Source: a virus (taxonomy: Duplodnaviria > Caudoviricetes). From it: a stretch of 50,544 nucleotides of DNA. The notes beneath the pieces were generated by a model. The model was given only the letters and a program-made list of their open reading frames with translations. It searched no databases and was not told the origin of the DNA. Location of the stretch: IMG/VR virus record IMGVR_UViG_3300031786_000007, positions 1 to 50,544 of that record. One strand, 5' to 3'. This document shows positions 20,269-29,214 of this stretch, piece after piece (within the stretch, counting starts at the first letter, position 1; each line of letters opens with the position of its first letter). A program made the position numbers and the translations under genes.

Positions 20269-20291
20269 TTTCTATAAAAAAGATCTTCAGT

Positions 20292-20522
20292 ATGGAAGAC
20301 AGCAGCAAGGAAAGTTTAGAAGTGAACGGGCAATTAATTAAAAAACCTATATGTGCTAACGATAGAGCAGAAATCTTTAAAGATTCTGTCATCTTGAGTG
20401 TAGCTACAAACACTACGTTTAATATCGATTTTAATCTTTATTTCTTATGCGGTCATCGAAATTCTTTAAAAGAATTTTTTCTGTACGATGTTTCTTTTTT
20501 ATTTAAGATTTTGTTATCTTAA
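20292..20522 (+). CDS. hypothetical protein
   Basis: 76-aa ORF after a GAACT promoter motif. Confidence 0.45.
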   Translation: MEDSSKESLEVNGQLIKKPICANDRAEIFKDSVILSVATNTTFNIDFNLYFLCGHRNSLKEFFLYDVSFLFKILLS

Positions 20523-20553
20523 ATTAGACAGAAAAAGAAAAGACAGACAGAAT

Positions 20554-21474
20554 ATGATACAACAACAAAAATCGTTGCAACAGCTTGCGCTTGATTTCGT
20601 AGATAGCCGTTGTGAAAAATCTTTTACCCTGCTTCATAATAGACTGAAGCCTGGGCTCAAAAAATTCATCCAAAAATACCATCAAGACCCAGAGGTTGTC
20701 GATGAAATATTAGCCATCACTTTATCGAAGGCGTATGTTTATGCGGACAAGTACGATTCTCAATGGAATTTTAGTACATGGATATACAAAATTTGCCAAA
20801 ATGAATGTCTTATGGAAATCAGAAGGCAGAATTCTCTATACTCTCTAGATAGTATGGTAGACAATAAAATTCCAATTAAAGCTGTCAATGACGATGATTG
20901 GAAAATGGAAGATGATTATGAATTTTTCGGTGATGAAGAAACTATCCAGTCTGATTCATTATACTCTGAAGTTTTACAAGAGATAAAAAATCTTCCTGCT
21001 CATTACAAAGAAATTATTGAAGATAGAATTGTAGAAAAAATGAAATACAAGGATATCGCAGAGAAGAGAGGCTTGAAAATTAACACTATTCGTAGTAGAA
21101 TACATTCAGCAAAAAAAATAATCAAAAATCTCTGGATAGAGAAAAAGATTAAAGGAGGTTGTAGTAAAACTATCAACATTTTAGGTGTTACTATACTTCA
21201 ATTATTGGATGATGATAAGAAAAAATCTAAAAAACAAGAAAAACCTACTGTTATCGATCTGGTAATAACTAAAGCCAAGTATGGTTCTGGTATGGATTGG
21301 ATAGATGTGACTGAAAAAGCTTCTAAAATTTATTCTGAAAGATTTGAAGTAAAAGCTTCAAATAGATTAGGAGGAGACCCATGTTATGGTAGATCAAAAG
21401 CTCTAGTGATAGAATATACAAGAGAAGGAAAAGATTACGTTGAAGAAATCAGAGAAGGAAAATTCTTTAAATGA
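20554..21474 (+). CDS. ECF-type RNA polymerase sigma factor with C-terminal SUEL-lectin/DUF3395-like domain
   Basis: start moved to ATG 20554; region 2 KYDSQWNFSTWIYKICQNECL; region 4 LPAHYKEII...MKYKDIAE...INTIRSRIHSAKK; C-terminal AKYG...DVT...ASNRLGGDPCYGRSKALVIEY. Confidence 0.85.
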   Translation: MIQQQKSLQQLALDFVDSRCEKSFTLLHNRLKPGLKKFIQKYHQDPEVVDEILAITLSKAYVYADKYDSQWNFSTWIYKICQNECLMEIRRQNSLYSLDSMVDNKIPIKAVNDDDWKMEDDYEFFGDEETIQSDSLYSEVLQEIKNLPAHYKEIIEDRIVEKMKYKDIAEKRGLKINTIRSRIHSAKKIIKNLWIEKKIKGGCSKTINILGVTILQLLDDDKKKSKKQEKPTVIDLVITKAKYGSGMDWIDVTEKASKIYSERFEVKASNRLGGDPCYGRSKALVIEYTREGKDYVEEIREGKFFK

Positions 21475-21674
21475 GAATTGATTCACATACCCCTTGTAAT
21501 TTAGACCATAATGGAGAATGTCTAGTATGTGATTGCTGGATATCAGCCTGTGGTTGGAAAAGGTTGCTAGAAAATGATTTCAAATGGGAATCTAAAGAAC
21601 AACTGTTAGAAATATTTAAAGACTTTTTAAAGAATCATCCCAAAAAAAATGAAATAGAAAATGGAAAAAATTAA
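21471..21674 (+). CDS. small Cys-rich hypothetical protein
   Basis: C-x6-C-x2-C-x-C-x4-C cluster; ATGA overlap with sigma gene. Confidence 0.6.
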   Translation: MRIDSHTPCNLDHNGECLVCDCWISACGWKRLLENDFKWESKEQLLEIFKDFLKNHPKKNEIENGKN

Positions 21675-21885
21675 AAAAATGATAATTGATATCGCCACTA
21701 CGTTAATAACTATTTATATAGTAGTCAAAGGTTCAATGTTATTGACTGAAATGTACACTAAACCTCTGACTATAGAAACAATGCTTTTTGGGGTTTTAGG
21801 AATTGTAGTTCTGTTACCAGCTTTTAATGCTTGGAGAAGTATCCTAAATTACGAGAAAAAAGAAGAGAATTCAGAAGAGAACTAA
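21661..21885 (+). CDS. small two-TM membrane protein
   Basis: two hydrophobic segments. Confidence 0.6.
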   Translation: MEKIKKMIIDIATTLITIYIVVKGSMLLTEMYTKPLTIETMLFGVLGIVVLLPAFNAWRSILNYEKKEENSEEN

Positions 21886-21904
21886 ACATCAATTACTCAT
21901 ATAA
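21879..21904 (+). promoter_or_regulatory. putative ECF-type promoter GAACT-N16-TATAA
   Basis: recurrent motif upstream of ORF 21910. Confidence 0.5.
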
Positions 21905-21909
21905 ACAAC

Positions 21910-22323
21910 ATGAACAGGACAAAGAAAATTTTCAGAGAAATAAAAAACTATTTTTTCTTAAGAAGAGTTTTGAGTAAAGAATCTAATGCTCCTGATTCTA
22001 GATGGCAGACTTACAAACTTAGAAAAAATTGGTTCGGTAGAATCTATACTGTAATATCTCTAAGAGAAGAAGAAGCTGGTGAAGAAGAGATGGTGAAAAA
22101 TTGGTTAGCTATGGAAAGAATGAAGCCTATAAATGAGTACTTGACTGATCTAGGTGTTCATGAAATAATTTTTCCTAGCATAGAAAAAATTGAAAATTCT
22201 AGATCTTATTTAGTAGTATACTCTCCTCTATTCAGAGAAACTACCTTGAAATGGTTTTTTTGGAGAATTGTTTTGCTAGTTATTACTGCATTAGCTTTAA
22301 ATTATCTAAAAAATATCATTTAA
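21910..22323 (+). CDS. hypothetical protein with C-terminal TM helix
   Basis: 137-aa ORF; WFFWRIVLLVITALAL. Confidence 0.7.
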   Translation: MNRTKKIFREIKNYFFLRRVLSKESNAPDSRWQTYKLRKNWFGRIYTVISLREEEAGEEEMVKNWLAMERMKPINEYLTDLGVHEIIFPSIEKIENSRSYLVVYSPLFRETTLKWFFWRIVLLVITALALNYLKNII

Positions 22324-23096
22324 TGGGAAAAAAGAAAAAGATCTTACAGAGAATTGATACGCCTAGTGGCAGAGCATATGCTCTGTTATGTGAAAATCAA
22401 AAAGCATTATTCTTACCATCAGTGACTTCAGTGTTATCACTTAAACATTCTAGTCATTTAGCTGAGCTTGAAGAAAAAATTGGAAAAGAAGATCTTCAAA
22501 AGATATCGGAGAGAGCCGCTAAAAGAGGTACAGCTATGCACTTATTTTTGGAAAATTATATGATATGTATGAAACAGAAAGGGGATTCTGATTCATGTTT
22601 ATTATATACACAACGTAAAAGTACAGATGCCCTTTTACATGAAATGGATAAAGATCGTGTAGACGTGGGAAGATCTTTATTCTATAACGTTTATCACTCA
22701 GGCCTTTTCGATAAAATCAAAAAAGTTATATTTACAGAGAAATTTTTACATTCAGAAAGATTTCTTTTTGCTGGTACAACTGATTTTGGTTTTCTTGATA
22801 TCGATGATTATATCGTGATAACAGATTTTAAAAGTGCATCAACACCTAGAGACGAAGAAACTATAGATAAGTACAAATGTCAAGTTGCTGCTTACGCTAT
22901 AGCTTTTGAAGAAATGTATCAGAAACCTGTTCATAGAGGAGAAGTTTGGATATCTCATACGGATGGAATACAATGTATAGAAGTTCTAGGAGAAGAAATG
23001 GAAGAGAAGAAAAAAGAGTTCATAAGCCTTTGTGATTCATATCATTCTATGTGGGACACAAAACCATTTGAAGACTATCTTGCTCTAGATATATAG
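22323..23096 (+). CDS. PD-(D/E)XK exonuclease (Cas4-like/phage exonuclease family)
   Basis: start moved to ATG 22323 (TAATG coupling); LPSVTSVL, RGTAMH, FAGTTD, ITDFKS, QVAAYAIAFEE. Confidence 0.88.
   Translation: MGKKKKILQRIDTPSGRAYALLCENQKALFLPSVTSVLSLKHSSHLAELEEKIGKEDLQKISERAAKRGTAMHLFLENYMICMKQKGDSDSCLLYTQRKSTDALLHEMDKDRVDVGRSLFYNVYHSGLFDKIKKVIFTEKFLHSERFLFAGTTDFGFLDIDDYIVITDFKSASTPRDEETIDKYKCQVAAYAIAFEEMYQKPVHRGEVWISHTDGIQCIEVLGEEMEEKKKEFISLCDSYHSMWDTKPFEDYLALDI
23088..23096 (+). promoter_or_regulatory. putative late promoter GATATATAG
   Basis: motif overlaps upstream stop codon TAG. Confidence 0.7.
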
Positions 23097-23117
23097 TAAA
23101 CATAAAAACAACATAAA

Positions 23118-23630
23118 ATGGAAACACCTGCGACAGCAAACAACGAAAAATCATTAAATGATTTTCAAAGAGAATCGCTAATCAAAGCGGAAAATGAATT
23201 AAACGCTCTTAGAGAAGAGTTAGCTAACAAAAAGTATTTAATAGATTTAAACAAATCAGACATTAAATTACTTAATGATTTTAACAAAAATGATGCGACT
23301 TGGAAATTTACAGAGTGTCTAGGAGTAGTTGAGATTGAGAAAGAGCTTAAAGATGCTCTAAAGACTGGAAAACTTTACATTGGTGCTATGCCAATTGAAG
23401 CTATTTATTACTACTTGAGCAAAGTTGAAGGTAACGGAAAAAATACTAACACTACTACTTTCGAAACAGTAGATGACTATATCCGTGTACTGAAAGCTAT
23501 GACAGGAGGTATGGAAAGAGTTAAAGCTGATAATGATAAGATCAGAAATCAGGAATTCGTAGTAGCTTCTAGACGTGAAGGTATTGAACCAGATTCTTCT
23601 ATCGAGAACAATAACGAAAACAATAACTAA
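23118..23630 (+). CDS. hypothetical late protein
   Basis: 170-aa ORF between late motif and terminator. Confidence 0.75.
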   Translation: METPATANNEKSLNDFQRESLIKAENELNALREELANKKYLIDLNKSDIKLLNDFNKNDATWKFTECLGVVEIEKELKDALKTGKLYIGAMPIEAIYYYLSKVEGNGKNTNTTTFETVDDYIRVLKAMTGGMERVKADNDKIRNQEFVVASRREGIEPDSSIENNNENNN

Positions 23631-23637
23631 GAAAGAT

Positions 23638-23671
23638 AAAAGAGCCTCTTTCTTAGAAGAGAGGCTCTTTT
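23638..23671 (+). terminator. intrinsic terminator
   Basis: AAAAGAGCCTCT-loop-AGAGGCTCTTTT. Confidence 0.8.
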
Positions 23672-23696
23672 GTTTTATAAGCAGGAAAAACACTAT

Positions 23697-24017
23697 ATGG
23701 AAAAAATGAAACCTTTAATAGAATTTATTAAGACACATGCTGTCAAAATATTATCAGTACTTTTGATATTTGCATATATAGGGTCTTGTAATAAAGGAAG
23801 ACGTTTAAGAAGAATTGAAAAACAAAATATTGTACTAGTTTCTCAAGTAGACAGTTTAAAAAACGTTACTGTAAATTTTAAAGAAACTTTAAGAAAAGAA
23901 AAACTAAAGATTCACCAAGAATACGATCTCTGGATATCAAATAAAGATAGAGGAGAACAACTAATGGATTTACATACTAATTTTGTAAAGCCAAAGATAC
24001 AAGAACTTAGTAGATAA
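23697..24017 (+). CDS. membrane-anchored coiled-coil protein (spanin-like architecture possible)
   Basis: start moved to ATG 23697; ILSVLLIFAYIGSC then coiled coil. Confidence 0.55.
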   Translation: MEKMKPLIEFIKTHAVKILSVLLIFAYIGSCNKGRRLRRIEKQNIVLVSQVDSLKNVTVNFKETLRKEKLKIHQEYDLWISNKDRGEQLMDLHTNFVKPKIQELSR

Positions 24018-24044
24018 GTTTCTTGATTAAAATTAATTTATGTT

Positions 24045-24809
24045 ATGAAAAAAATTCTTTCAAGATTAAGAAATATTGAAAGAGCAACTGTTATTAAGAA
24101 TTCATTTTTACTACCGATTCTGTCGGTAGTAGTGATGTCTATATCTCATGTTATCAGTTGGTACGATTTAGGAAACCCTTTTTCGTGGGCAATTTATCTT
24201 TCTGTTGCAGTAGAAGTTTTCGCTTTAGCTTCAGTGTCTGCTGCTAGTATTAAAATAAAGAAAGGCTCTATTTGGCTTTTATTCTGTTTGGTAACTTTGA
24301 TCCAAATAGTCGGAAATGTATTTTTCACATTTCAGGATATTAATGTTGGTGGTTATCAGTTTACAAGTTGGGTAGAATTGTTACAACCTTGGTTTGAAGA
24401 TTGGACACCGACAGATCATAAAAGATTATTAGCTCTTATACAAGGAGGGACTTTACCTTTCATGTCTTTAATAGCTCTTCATTTTTACATTAAGTTCAAT
24501 GAAAACTTACAGTCTGGAGAAGATCTAGTAGAAACTAAAGATCCTATAGAACCAATTTCACCTATCGTTCCAGTATTGGATGATAATCTTCTGGATGAAG
24601 ATACTGTCAAAGAAGATATCACTGACGCCAATGAAACTGAACAAGAAGATTTAGGTGAATCTGAAACTGTGAAAGATGAGATAAGTGAACCTGAAATTCT
24701 TGAAGAAACAGAAATCACAGAAGAATCGGAAGAAGTTGAGAAAAAACCTGAAGACGATCAAATACATATAAAGGGTGATCGTAGAAGATTGCACCCTGCA
24801 AGATATTAA
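24045..24809 (+). CDS. multi-pass membrane protein with acidic C-terminal tail
   Basis: four hydrophobic segments, then E/D-rich low-complexity tail. Confidence 0.75.
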   Translation: MKKILSRLRNIERATVIKNSFLLPILSVVVMSISHVISWYDLGNPFSWAIYLSVAVEVFALASVSAASIKIKKGSIWLLFCLVTLIQIVGNVFFTFQDINVGGYQFTSWVELLQPWFEDWTPTDHKRLLALIQGGTLPFMSLIALHFYIKFNENLQSGEDLVETKDPIEPISPIVPVLDDNLLDEDTVKEDITDANETEQEDLGESETVKDEISEPEILEETEITEESEEVEKKPEDDQIHIKGDRRRLHPARY

Positions 24810-24824
24810 AAAAAATTCTATACA

Positions 24825-26801
24825 GTGGCAGTTCCTAATCAGCCTTGTGGCTTAACTAATTTTGACAGTAGATTAGTATCAAAATGTCCTCCGAATCCCA
24901 ATGCTATTAGATCGATAGTGTTCTCAAGAGATAACTTATCTGTCGTAAACGGTGCTTCAACAGAGATTCAAATTTCTATGTTGCCTTTGTTTATTCCTGT
25001 ACAGAATGCTGCTAGAACTAACATTTCAATACCTGGAAGCGTAGTTAATGTACCTTATCCCGTGTATAAATTAGACTTAGCAGGATTAGATACAGATGAA
25101 AAAGTTAAATTTTTAGGCCTTTTACCGACATATGGAACTTCTTCGGTATCATCTTCACTTTGCAGTGGAGCTACTGTAACAAGTTCTACTACGGAATTTA
25201 TGGAATGGGCATTTATTGATGACATTGAAAAAGGTCAACTTTATGATAAACCTTCATTGGGTCCTTCAGGTGAAACTTCATTTGATATCTCAGCCATAAA
25301 TAAATTAGAGTTTTCATGGGGTGGATATGTCAATGCTACTGGTGCATCAGGCTCTCTGTGGGTTGCAACAGATGGAGGTTTACTTAAATGGGATAATAAT
25401 GATATGAAGTTGTGGAATACTTTAAACAGTAACTCTCCTTCTGATTATATCAATACATTATTTGTAGATTCATACAATTCTTTATGGGTAGGATCTGATA
25501 ATGGTCTTTCTAAATTCTCTGAAACTGAAGGTTTTTCTAAAATATGGAATACACAAAATTCAGAAATTCTTTCGAATAACGTTATTTCATTAGAAATGTA
25601 TGCTCCTGGACAATTAGCTATAGGAACTGATAACGGTCTATCTTTATACGATACTAATGCTAATACTTGGAAAAATTTCAACATTTATAATACAGCAGCT
25701 TTACATCATAATCAAATTCTAGATCTAGCTTATGAGAATTTAATCATTTTTGCTGCAACAAATGGAGGTGTTTACGCTTATGAGTATTCTACTAACCAAT
25801 GGAGTGTTTTTAATTCTTCTACCCCAGGCTGGTCTGCACCAGATATTGTAAGATGCATAGAAGTATATAATGGTAATGTCTATGCTGGTACTACCGGTGG
25901 ACTAGTGATAGTTCCTTATATGGGAGGTACTGCTTCTACTATTGCAGCAGGCGCTTCAGGACCAGGATCTAATTATTACATGTCTTCTAGATCTGCTGAT
26001 ATTGCAGGAGAAAGAAAGATATATTTTGGTCATGATGATGCTTACTCTATTTATAATGTAGATACAGATACTTGGTCTAGTGAGAATTCTTTATCATTTT
26101 CTTATTTAGGTTCAGGAGTAAAAGATCTAATAGTAGATAATTTATCTAATTCTGCATCTGAGACAATTTATTTTGGATCTCAAGATCCTGAGAAAGGACT
26201 GTATAGAATATTCACAGGAACTGGAAATTTTTCTATAGTACCTGAAGATGATAAATTGACCAATATTCTTTTATCTGTTCCATTGAATCCTAATAACACA
26301 CCACTGTCTACAAAAATAGGAACACCTGGACAGTGGAGTCAAGTTTTAAATTCTACTAATGTAGATTCTAGTCAACTTTACGCTAATCACCAGCCGTTTT
26401 ATTTCCTTTTTTCTAAAGATATGACAACGTTGTCTTCTTCTGATTTTTACTCTAATACTGTAATATCAGAAGGATTGGAAGGAAGCTCAAATATTGTATC
26501 TGGCTCGTGGTCTTCAGATTTGACTGGTAAAGTTTTAACTTTCATGCCTGATGATCCATTAACTAAAGCTTCACCATATAATTTAAAAGTTATGCAAGGT
26601 TCTGTTGCTGCAGATGGATCAAATTTGAAGGAAAAGATTAATGTAGGTTTTTATACGGAAAATATAGTTCCCATCTTAGGATGGAAAGTCATGGGTAAAA
26701 TGTTAGTCCACACAGGCGCCGAGAATAACTATACACAAGGTTTATACCTCCGTAATCCTCAAAGCACTGGAGTTAACATTACTACCCTTATAGGTAAATA
26801 A
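24825..26801 (+). CDS. probable virion protein with beta-propeller (Reg_prop-like) repeats and Ig-like domain
   Basis: LWVATDGGL, LWVGSDNGL, LAIGTDNGL, IFAATNGGV, VYAGTTGGL; KVLTFMP..PL..ASPYNLKV Ig-like (Big_5-like) segment; GTG start. Confidence 0.7.
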   Translation: MAVPNQPCGLTNFDSRLVSKCPPNPNAIRSIVFSRDNLSVVNGASTEIQISMLPLFIPVQNAARTNISIPGSVVNVPYPVYKLDLAGLDTDEKVKFLGLLPTYGTSSVSSSLCSGATVTSSTTEFMEWAFIDDIEKGQLYDKPSLGPSGETSFDISAINKLEFSWGGYVNATGASGSLWVATDGGLLKWDNNDMKLWNTLNSNSPSDYINTLFVDSYNSLWVGSDNGLSKFSETEGFSKIWNTQNSEILSNNVISLEMYAPGQLAIGTDNGLSLYDTNANTWKNFNIYNTAALHHNQILDLAYENLIIFAATNGGVYAYEYSTNQWSVFNSSTPGWSAPDIVRCIEVYNGNVYAGTTGGLVIVPYMGGTASTIAAGASGPGSNYYMSSRSADIAGERKIYFGHDDAYSIYNVDTDTWSSENSLSFSYLGSGVKDLIVDNLSNSASETIYFGSQDPEKGLYRIFTGTGNFSIVPEDDKLTNILLSVPLNPNNTPLSTKIGTPGQWSQVLNSTNVDSSQLYANHQPFYFLFSKDMTTLSSSDFYSNTVISEGLEGSSNIVSGSWSSDLTGKVLTFMPDDPLTKASPYNLKVMQGSVAADGSNLKEKINVGFYTENIVPILGWKVMGKMLVHTGAENNYTQGLYLRNPQSTGVNITTLIGK

Positions 26802-26820
26802 TTAAATAAACAAAAAAAAG

Positions 26821-27354
26821 ATGGCAAATATAACTGCAACTCAGATAGTTCCAATAGATGTAGCAAAAGGCGCTTCTGCAACAGACTACACAGCCGCTGA
26901 TAACATTTGTCCTATACTTTCATTTACATGTATAGGTTCAAGTGGAAATGGTGACGTTAAAATCACTCCTTACAGTTCTACTAAAGCAGAAATAGGCGGT
27001 GATGGCGCTGGAGGTAGAATAAGAATAGCTACTAATTCTAAAGGTGTAATAACTACTGCAGAGATCGCATCAGCAGGTTCAGGATATTCAAATGGGCCTG
27101 TTCCTATTACTTTAATTGACAACTATGGATCTGGAGCAGTCTTATCTTGCACAGCTTCAGGTGGCTCATTATCAGCAATATCTATCGTGTCAGGTGGATT
27201 AAATTATTCAGGTTATGTTACTATGGACGTTTCAGACTTTATAGAAGGTGTTACTTATGAAATAGTTCCACGTTTTATCGAGCAAACTTCAGGCACAGGA
27301 GTACTTAGGCTTTTTGGAAACAGATTAGCGTTTAGACCTTATCAAGTTTTCTAA
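26821..27354 (+). CDS. probable structural protein with Gly-rich GSGYS repeats
   Basis: GDGAGGR...SAGSGYS...GSGAVL...SGGLNYS, typical of T4-like baseplate/tail-fibre repeats. Confidence 0.6.
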   Translation: MANITATQIVPIDVAKGASATDYTAADNICPILSFTCIGSSGNGDVKITPYSSTKAEIGGDGAGGRIRIATNSKGVITTAEIASAGSGYSNGPVPITLIDNYGSGAVLSCTASGGSLSAISIVSGGLNYSGYVTMDVSDFIEGVTYEIVPRFIEQTSGTGVLRLFGNRLAFRPYQVF

Positions 27355-27389
27355 AAAGTGTTTTTTTATCTTGAACTAATTAATTTCAA

Positions 27390-27398
27390 GATATATAG
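27390..27398 (+). promoter_or_regulatory. putative late promoter GATATATAG
   Basis: recurrent motif; GAACT at 27373 also upstream. Confidence 0.7.
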
Positions 27399-27441
27399 AA
27401 AGAACAGAGGACGCTTCAAAAAACAAAAAAAACTTGAAATC

Positions 27442-27882
27442 ATGAAAGCTAACTATGAGAAGATGATCCAGGAAGTAGTTAAATCTATCAATTGGAACAG
27501 AATAAAATACTTTCATCAAGTCTTTAAAATTAAATGGCAATTCGAAGAAAAAGATGGCCATATAACAGAGAGATTTCCAACTATAGCTGAACTTAAAGAG
27601 GAACTGAGAGCTTTATTAAAATTCGCTATTAGTAAAAACACTAAAAGTTTAGATTATGGGAATTGGTTGATTTTTTGGACAGATGAAGAAAGAGCTTCAA
27701 GAGAAGGACTATCGTCAGCAAGGTTAGAAGCTATATTTTCATTAGAAGAGACTTTCGTAATAGATAACGGAGAAAATGACGCCGTTCAAATCCTAGAAAA
27801 TAAATTAGAGGATGCTATCAAGAATGAAAGATACGAAGAAGCGGCTAAGCTTAGAGATAAGATAAAAGAAAGGAAAAAATAA
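27442..27882 (+). CDS. protein with C-terminal UVR (UvrB/UvrC) motif
   Basis: start moved to ATG 27442; LENKLEDAIKNERYEEAAKLRDKIK. Confidence 0.8.
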   Translation: MKANYEKMIQEVVKSINWNRIKYFHQVFKIKWQFEEKDGHITERFPTIAELKEELRALLKFAISKNTKSLDYGNWLIFWTDEERASREGLSSARLEAIFSLEETFVIDNGENDAVQILENKLEDAIKNERYEEAAKLRDKIKERKK

Positions 27883-27886
27883 CATC

Positions 27887-27918
27887 AAAAAGGATGCTTT
27901 TAAAAGCATCCTTTTTTT
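27887..27918 (+). terminator. intrinsic terminator
   Basis: AAAAAGGATGCTTT-TA-AAAGCATCCTTTTTTT. Confidence 0.85.
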
Positions 27919-27973
27919 ATGCAAAAACTAGAACTTATCAGTTTTGGTGCTATTAGCTTATAAACACATAAAA

Positions 27974-29191
27974 ATGAGTAAAACTTTAGGGTTAAGCATG
28001 ATAGTTAAGAATGAATCTCATGTCATTCTTAGATTACTAAATTCAGTAGTCCCAATAATTGATTATTGGGTTATTGCAGACACTGGCTCAACAGATGGTA
28101 CGCAAGAAATAATACAGAAGTTTTTTGAAGAGAAGGGTATACCTGGTAAACTTTTACAAATAGACTGGATAGATGATTTTTCTTATGCTAGAAATCAATC
28201 ATTGAATGAAATAGAAAAACATGTAGATTATGGAATGTGGATAGATGCCGATGAAGAGCTTATCATTAACAGCTCTTTCAATAAAGAAGAAATGTTGAAG
28301 CAAGAGTTTCATTCAATATCCATTGAAACTATTTACGGAAAAGTAAATTACACTAGAAAAAATATCTGGAAAACAGGTATGAATTTCTACTGGGAAGGTC
28401 CTATTCATGAGTTGTTATCGTCAAAAGAAGAGACTATCGGTGGTCTAGCAAAAGGTTTAAGCGTAGTAGTTAGAGCTGAAGGTAGTTCTTGGGGAAATAT
28501 CATAGAGAAATACCTAGGTCATGCTAAAATATTACAAGCACATGCTGAAAAAACTAATGATCCTAGATGGGTATTTTACACAGCACAATCTTACAGAGAT
28601 GCACAAGAATACCCGACATCTATAGAATGGTACAAGAAAAGAGCTGAAATGACAGAAGGTTTTTATGAAGAAACTTTCATATCTAAATTAATGGTTGCAA
28701 AATTATCTGAAATTATCGGTAAAAGTAAGAATGAGTGTACTATTTTATACCAAGAAGCAAATTCGTCCGACCCTGCAAGAGGAGAAGCTATTAAGAATTT
28801 AATTCAGATGTACCATAGACTCAATGACTGGGAAAATGCGTACGTATTCTCTTTGTACGGATTAAAATACAACAAAAATAATCCTTATCCTCATAGAGTT
28901 CTTTTCTTAGATACTGCATTGTATGACTTTGAAATGTTAGAATTACATTCTCTTTCATGTTTTTATACTAATAGGATAGAAGAAGGCTCTAGATGCTATT
29001 GGATGATGAGACAACAACTTCTTGAACTAGGTCCAGATTATTTACCACAAGAAGCTATGCAAAGAGTATTAAACAATGAGCAATACTTTCCGATAACTCA
29101 TGCTACTGGTATTGTAAGCCCTCAGAAAAAAACTTTAAAGCCTTCTTTTCCTGCACACGGAGGATCGAAGAAAAATAGAAAAAAGAGGTAG
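27974..29191 (+). CDS. GT2 glycosyltransferase with TPR-like repeats
   Basis: start moved to ATG 27974; LSMIVKNE, DTGSTDGT, DFSYARN, IDADE, GPIHE; helical FYTAQSYRD repeats. Confidence 0.9.
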   Translation: MSKTLGLSMIVKNESHVILRLLNSVVPIIDYWVIADTGSTDGTQEIIQKFFEEKGIPGKLLQIDWIDDFSYARNQSLNEIEKHVDYGMWIDADEELIINSSFNKEEMLKQEFHSISIETIYGKVNYTRKNIWKTGMNFYWEGPIHELLSSKEETIGGLAKGLSVVVRAEGSSWGNIIEKYLGHAKILQAHAEKTNDPRWVFYTAQSYRDAQEYPTSIEWYKKRAEMTEGFYEETFISKLMVAKLSEIIGKSKNECTILYQEANSSDPARGEAIKNLIQMYHRLNDWENAYVFSLYGLKYNKNNPYPHRVLFLDTALYDFEMLELHSLSCFYTNRIEEGSRCYWMMRQQLLELGPDYLPQEAMQRVLNNEQYFPITHATGIVSPQKKTLKPSFPAHGGSKKNRKKR

Positions 29192-29199
29192 ATATATAG
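29191..29199 (+). promoter_or_regulatory. putative late promoter GATATATAG
   Basis: recurrent motif 15 nt upstream of ATG 29215. Confidence 0.72.
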
Positions 29200-29214
29200 A
29201 CAAATAATGTTTAT

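Noticed and set aside
20040-20522. ORFs 20040-20240 and 20292-20522 are in frame and separated only by one TGA, suggesting readthrough or recoding
   Set aside because: The 51-nt spacer contains a GAACT-N15-TATTA promoter motif, and TGA acts as a normal stop elsewhere (many ATGA overlaps); coincidence is more likely
22323-23096. Cas4 / CRISPR system
   Set aside because: No repeat-spacer array seen in the window and no four-Cys Fe-S pattern; a common phage PD-(D/E)XK exonuclease
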